This document shows, piece after piece, positions 62,226-64,000 of a stretch of DNA of 64,000 bases. Positions within the stretch are counted from its first letter, which is position 1. Every line of letters begins with the position of its first letter. The notes under the pieces were generated by a model, which was not told where the DNA came from, ran no database searches, and worked only from the letters and a program-made list of their open reading frames with translations. Origin of the DNA: Octopus bimaculoides (Eukaryota); the NCBI RefSeq assembly GCF_001194135.2, contig NC_068984.1:119466778-119530777 (forward strand), given 5' to 3'. The position numbers were made by a program, and so were the translations under genes.

Positions 62226-62959
62226 GCAAGTTGATTTTTAAAAAAAATTATATCGTCGAAGAGTTATTTATACGATCTTTTAATCTTTTGCTATTTCTAT
62301 CTTTGAATATAAATACAATGTATGGGTTCTATATTGACCTCTAACGTATATTCGAAGTCATTGGTATCAACAATTGATTATTCTATCCATGTGTGTGTAG
62401 ACCGTTATGCACGGATGTTGGTTTAAGCAGGTGTGTCTGTTGAATTTTCTCTAAAGTTTTTGTTATTACTAAAAAAATTTAAATTGTTAGAAATTAAAGG
62501 TTAATTTTTAGCAGAATATCTACGGAAGTGTGCCCACCGAATTTGTTTCCTCACAACTTTTTTTTAAAGCATACTTTTGAAGAAATTTTTCCAGAAATAC
62601 GTCCAAGACGGTGTAGATTATGATAATATGGGGACAAGTTTGAGGGAAAAAGATTTTTTATAGGGTCATTCACCACCACCATCAAATTATGTTAATTTTC
62701 TTTTATCTGTTTGTCATTGGTCTCTGGCCATGCTGGGACACCGCCTTGGAAGATTTTTAGTCGAACAAATCGATTCCAGTATTTAATTTTTTAAAGCATT
62801 GTAGTTATTCTATCGCTCGCCGTTTGTCGAAACACTGAGTTCCGGGGACGTAAACAAATCAACACCGGTTGTCAAGCGGTGCTCTCACACACAGAGTTTT
62901 GCCTGTAAACTGCTGGGAATAGCATCACTTTGGGTATGCATTATCACACTGAGTGAAAT

Positions 62960-63240
62960 GGTGAGAGCATCAAATGAAGAACTTCATTAAACACTCGCCA
63001 GAAGAGGCGCATTTTACACATTGAATGTAAGTTAATGGTTACACACCTTTGTGCTAATGAAGGTATTTTACCCTCCTTCAGATAGCGATTGAATTGTAGA
63101 ATGAGGTTTTTCAGTTCTTCACCTCCATGTCTTAATATTTCTGTTGTGATTTCATCTTGCCCAGAAGCTTTGTCTGTTTTCATCAGTTTGAGGAGATTTT
63201 CAGTTTCACTGATCAGAATAGGTGGTACTTCTTCCAGCAT
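62960..63240 (-). mobile_element. LINE RT N-terminal remnant
   Basis: VPPILISETENLLKLMKTDKASGQDEITTEILRHGG (the KAPGPDGI region). Confidence 0.7.
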
Positions 63241-63661
63241 GTAGGATTGAGCTGTGTAGTGGTAAGAAGTTTGCTTCCCAACCACATGGTTCCGGGTTCA
63301 GTCCCACTGCATGACACCTTAGGCAAGTGTCTTCTACTATGGTCTCAGGTTGACCAAAGCCTTATAAGTGGATTTGGTAGACAGAAACTGAAAAAAGTGT
63401 GTGTGTGTGTGGGGGGGTCTTTGTGTTTGTCTCCCTCCACTGTTTGAGAACTGGTGTTGGTGTATTTATGTCCCCATAACTTAGCACTTCAGCGAAAAAG
63501 ACTGATAGAATAAGTACCAGGCTTAAAAGGAAATAAGTACTGGGTTCAATTATTTTGACTAAGGTTCTTTAAGGCAGTGCCCCAGCATGGCAGCAGTCTG
63601 ATGACTGAAACAGGTAAAAGAAGAATAAACAATTCTATAAGAGTCTGCTGCAAAAATCTTT

Positions 63662-64000
63662 TTGACTTACGACACTGCTTTTCCCCTTCCCAGGCTACAG
63701 GCCCACACCCCCAACACCCATACTGTTAGGATTGGCACTCTCAACGTCGGCACGCTGAAAGGTAGATCTGGTGAAATTGTTGAGATGCTTGAACGGAGAC
63801 GCGTAGATATGTGCTGCATCCAGGAAGTAAGATGGAGAGGAGGTTCTGCGAGGTTCCTCACAGGCAAAGAACACAGGTACAAGATTTTCTGGGCAGGGAA
63901 CACTGACGGGGTCGGGGACGTAGGAATACTTCTAGCGGAGAAATGGGTGGATAAGGTAATCGAGGTTGTTAGAGTAAGTGACAGAGTACTTAAGATTAGA
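63662..64000 (+). mobile_element. 5' part of an RTE-clade LINE ORF: apurinic-type endonuclease N-terminus, open to the window end
   Basis: Stop-free frame from 63641: ...TVRIGTLNVGTLKGRSGEIVEMLERRRVDMCCIQEVRWRG...KIFWAGNTDGVGDVGILL...RVSDRVLKIR (TLNV and IQE motifs). Confidence 0.92.

Overview
AT-rich, microsatellite- and retroposon-dense animal genomic DNA with four N-gaps. The repeat families look like those of an octopus (inference). There is no prokaryotic content and no CRISPR array. Two complete multi-exon genes were assembled by hand from splice sites and reading phase. Cyclin E lies on the + strand (10 coding exons, 17175-23837, 436 aa). URI1, the prefoldin-like RPB5 interactor, lies on the - strand (9 coding exons, 56003-25083, 398 aa). 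The two genes converge tail-to-tail with 1245 nt between their stop codons. The first coding exon of a BtpA/SgcQ-family gene (- strand, 15740-15665) is head-to-head with cyclin E. A candidate first exon of a mitochondrially targeted protein lies at 62143-62225. Most of the remainder is transposon-derived: several RTE-clade LINE families (young and old), Penelope-like pieces, a Helitron 3' end, a mariner foldback, a hAT-type MITE, a long palindromic foldback element and three tRNA-SINE families. The best second-look items are: (1) a Penelope-type minimal hammerhead ribozyme inside a 65-bp hairpin, inserted with a 12-bp TSD into a larger palindrome, in sense orientation in the BtpA-like intron; (2) a 5S rRNA internal-promoter fragment fused to a tRNA-SINE; (3) a candidate alternative first exon of cyclin E near E2F-like sites that would remove the NLS; (4) cyclin E-URI1 adjacency, as in human. 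I cannot claim a proven new system; these are sequence-based hypotheses and no database search was run.
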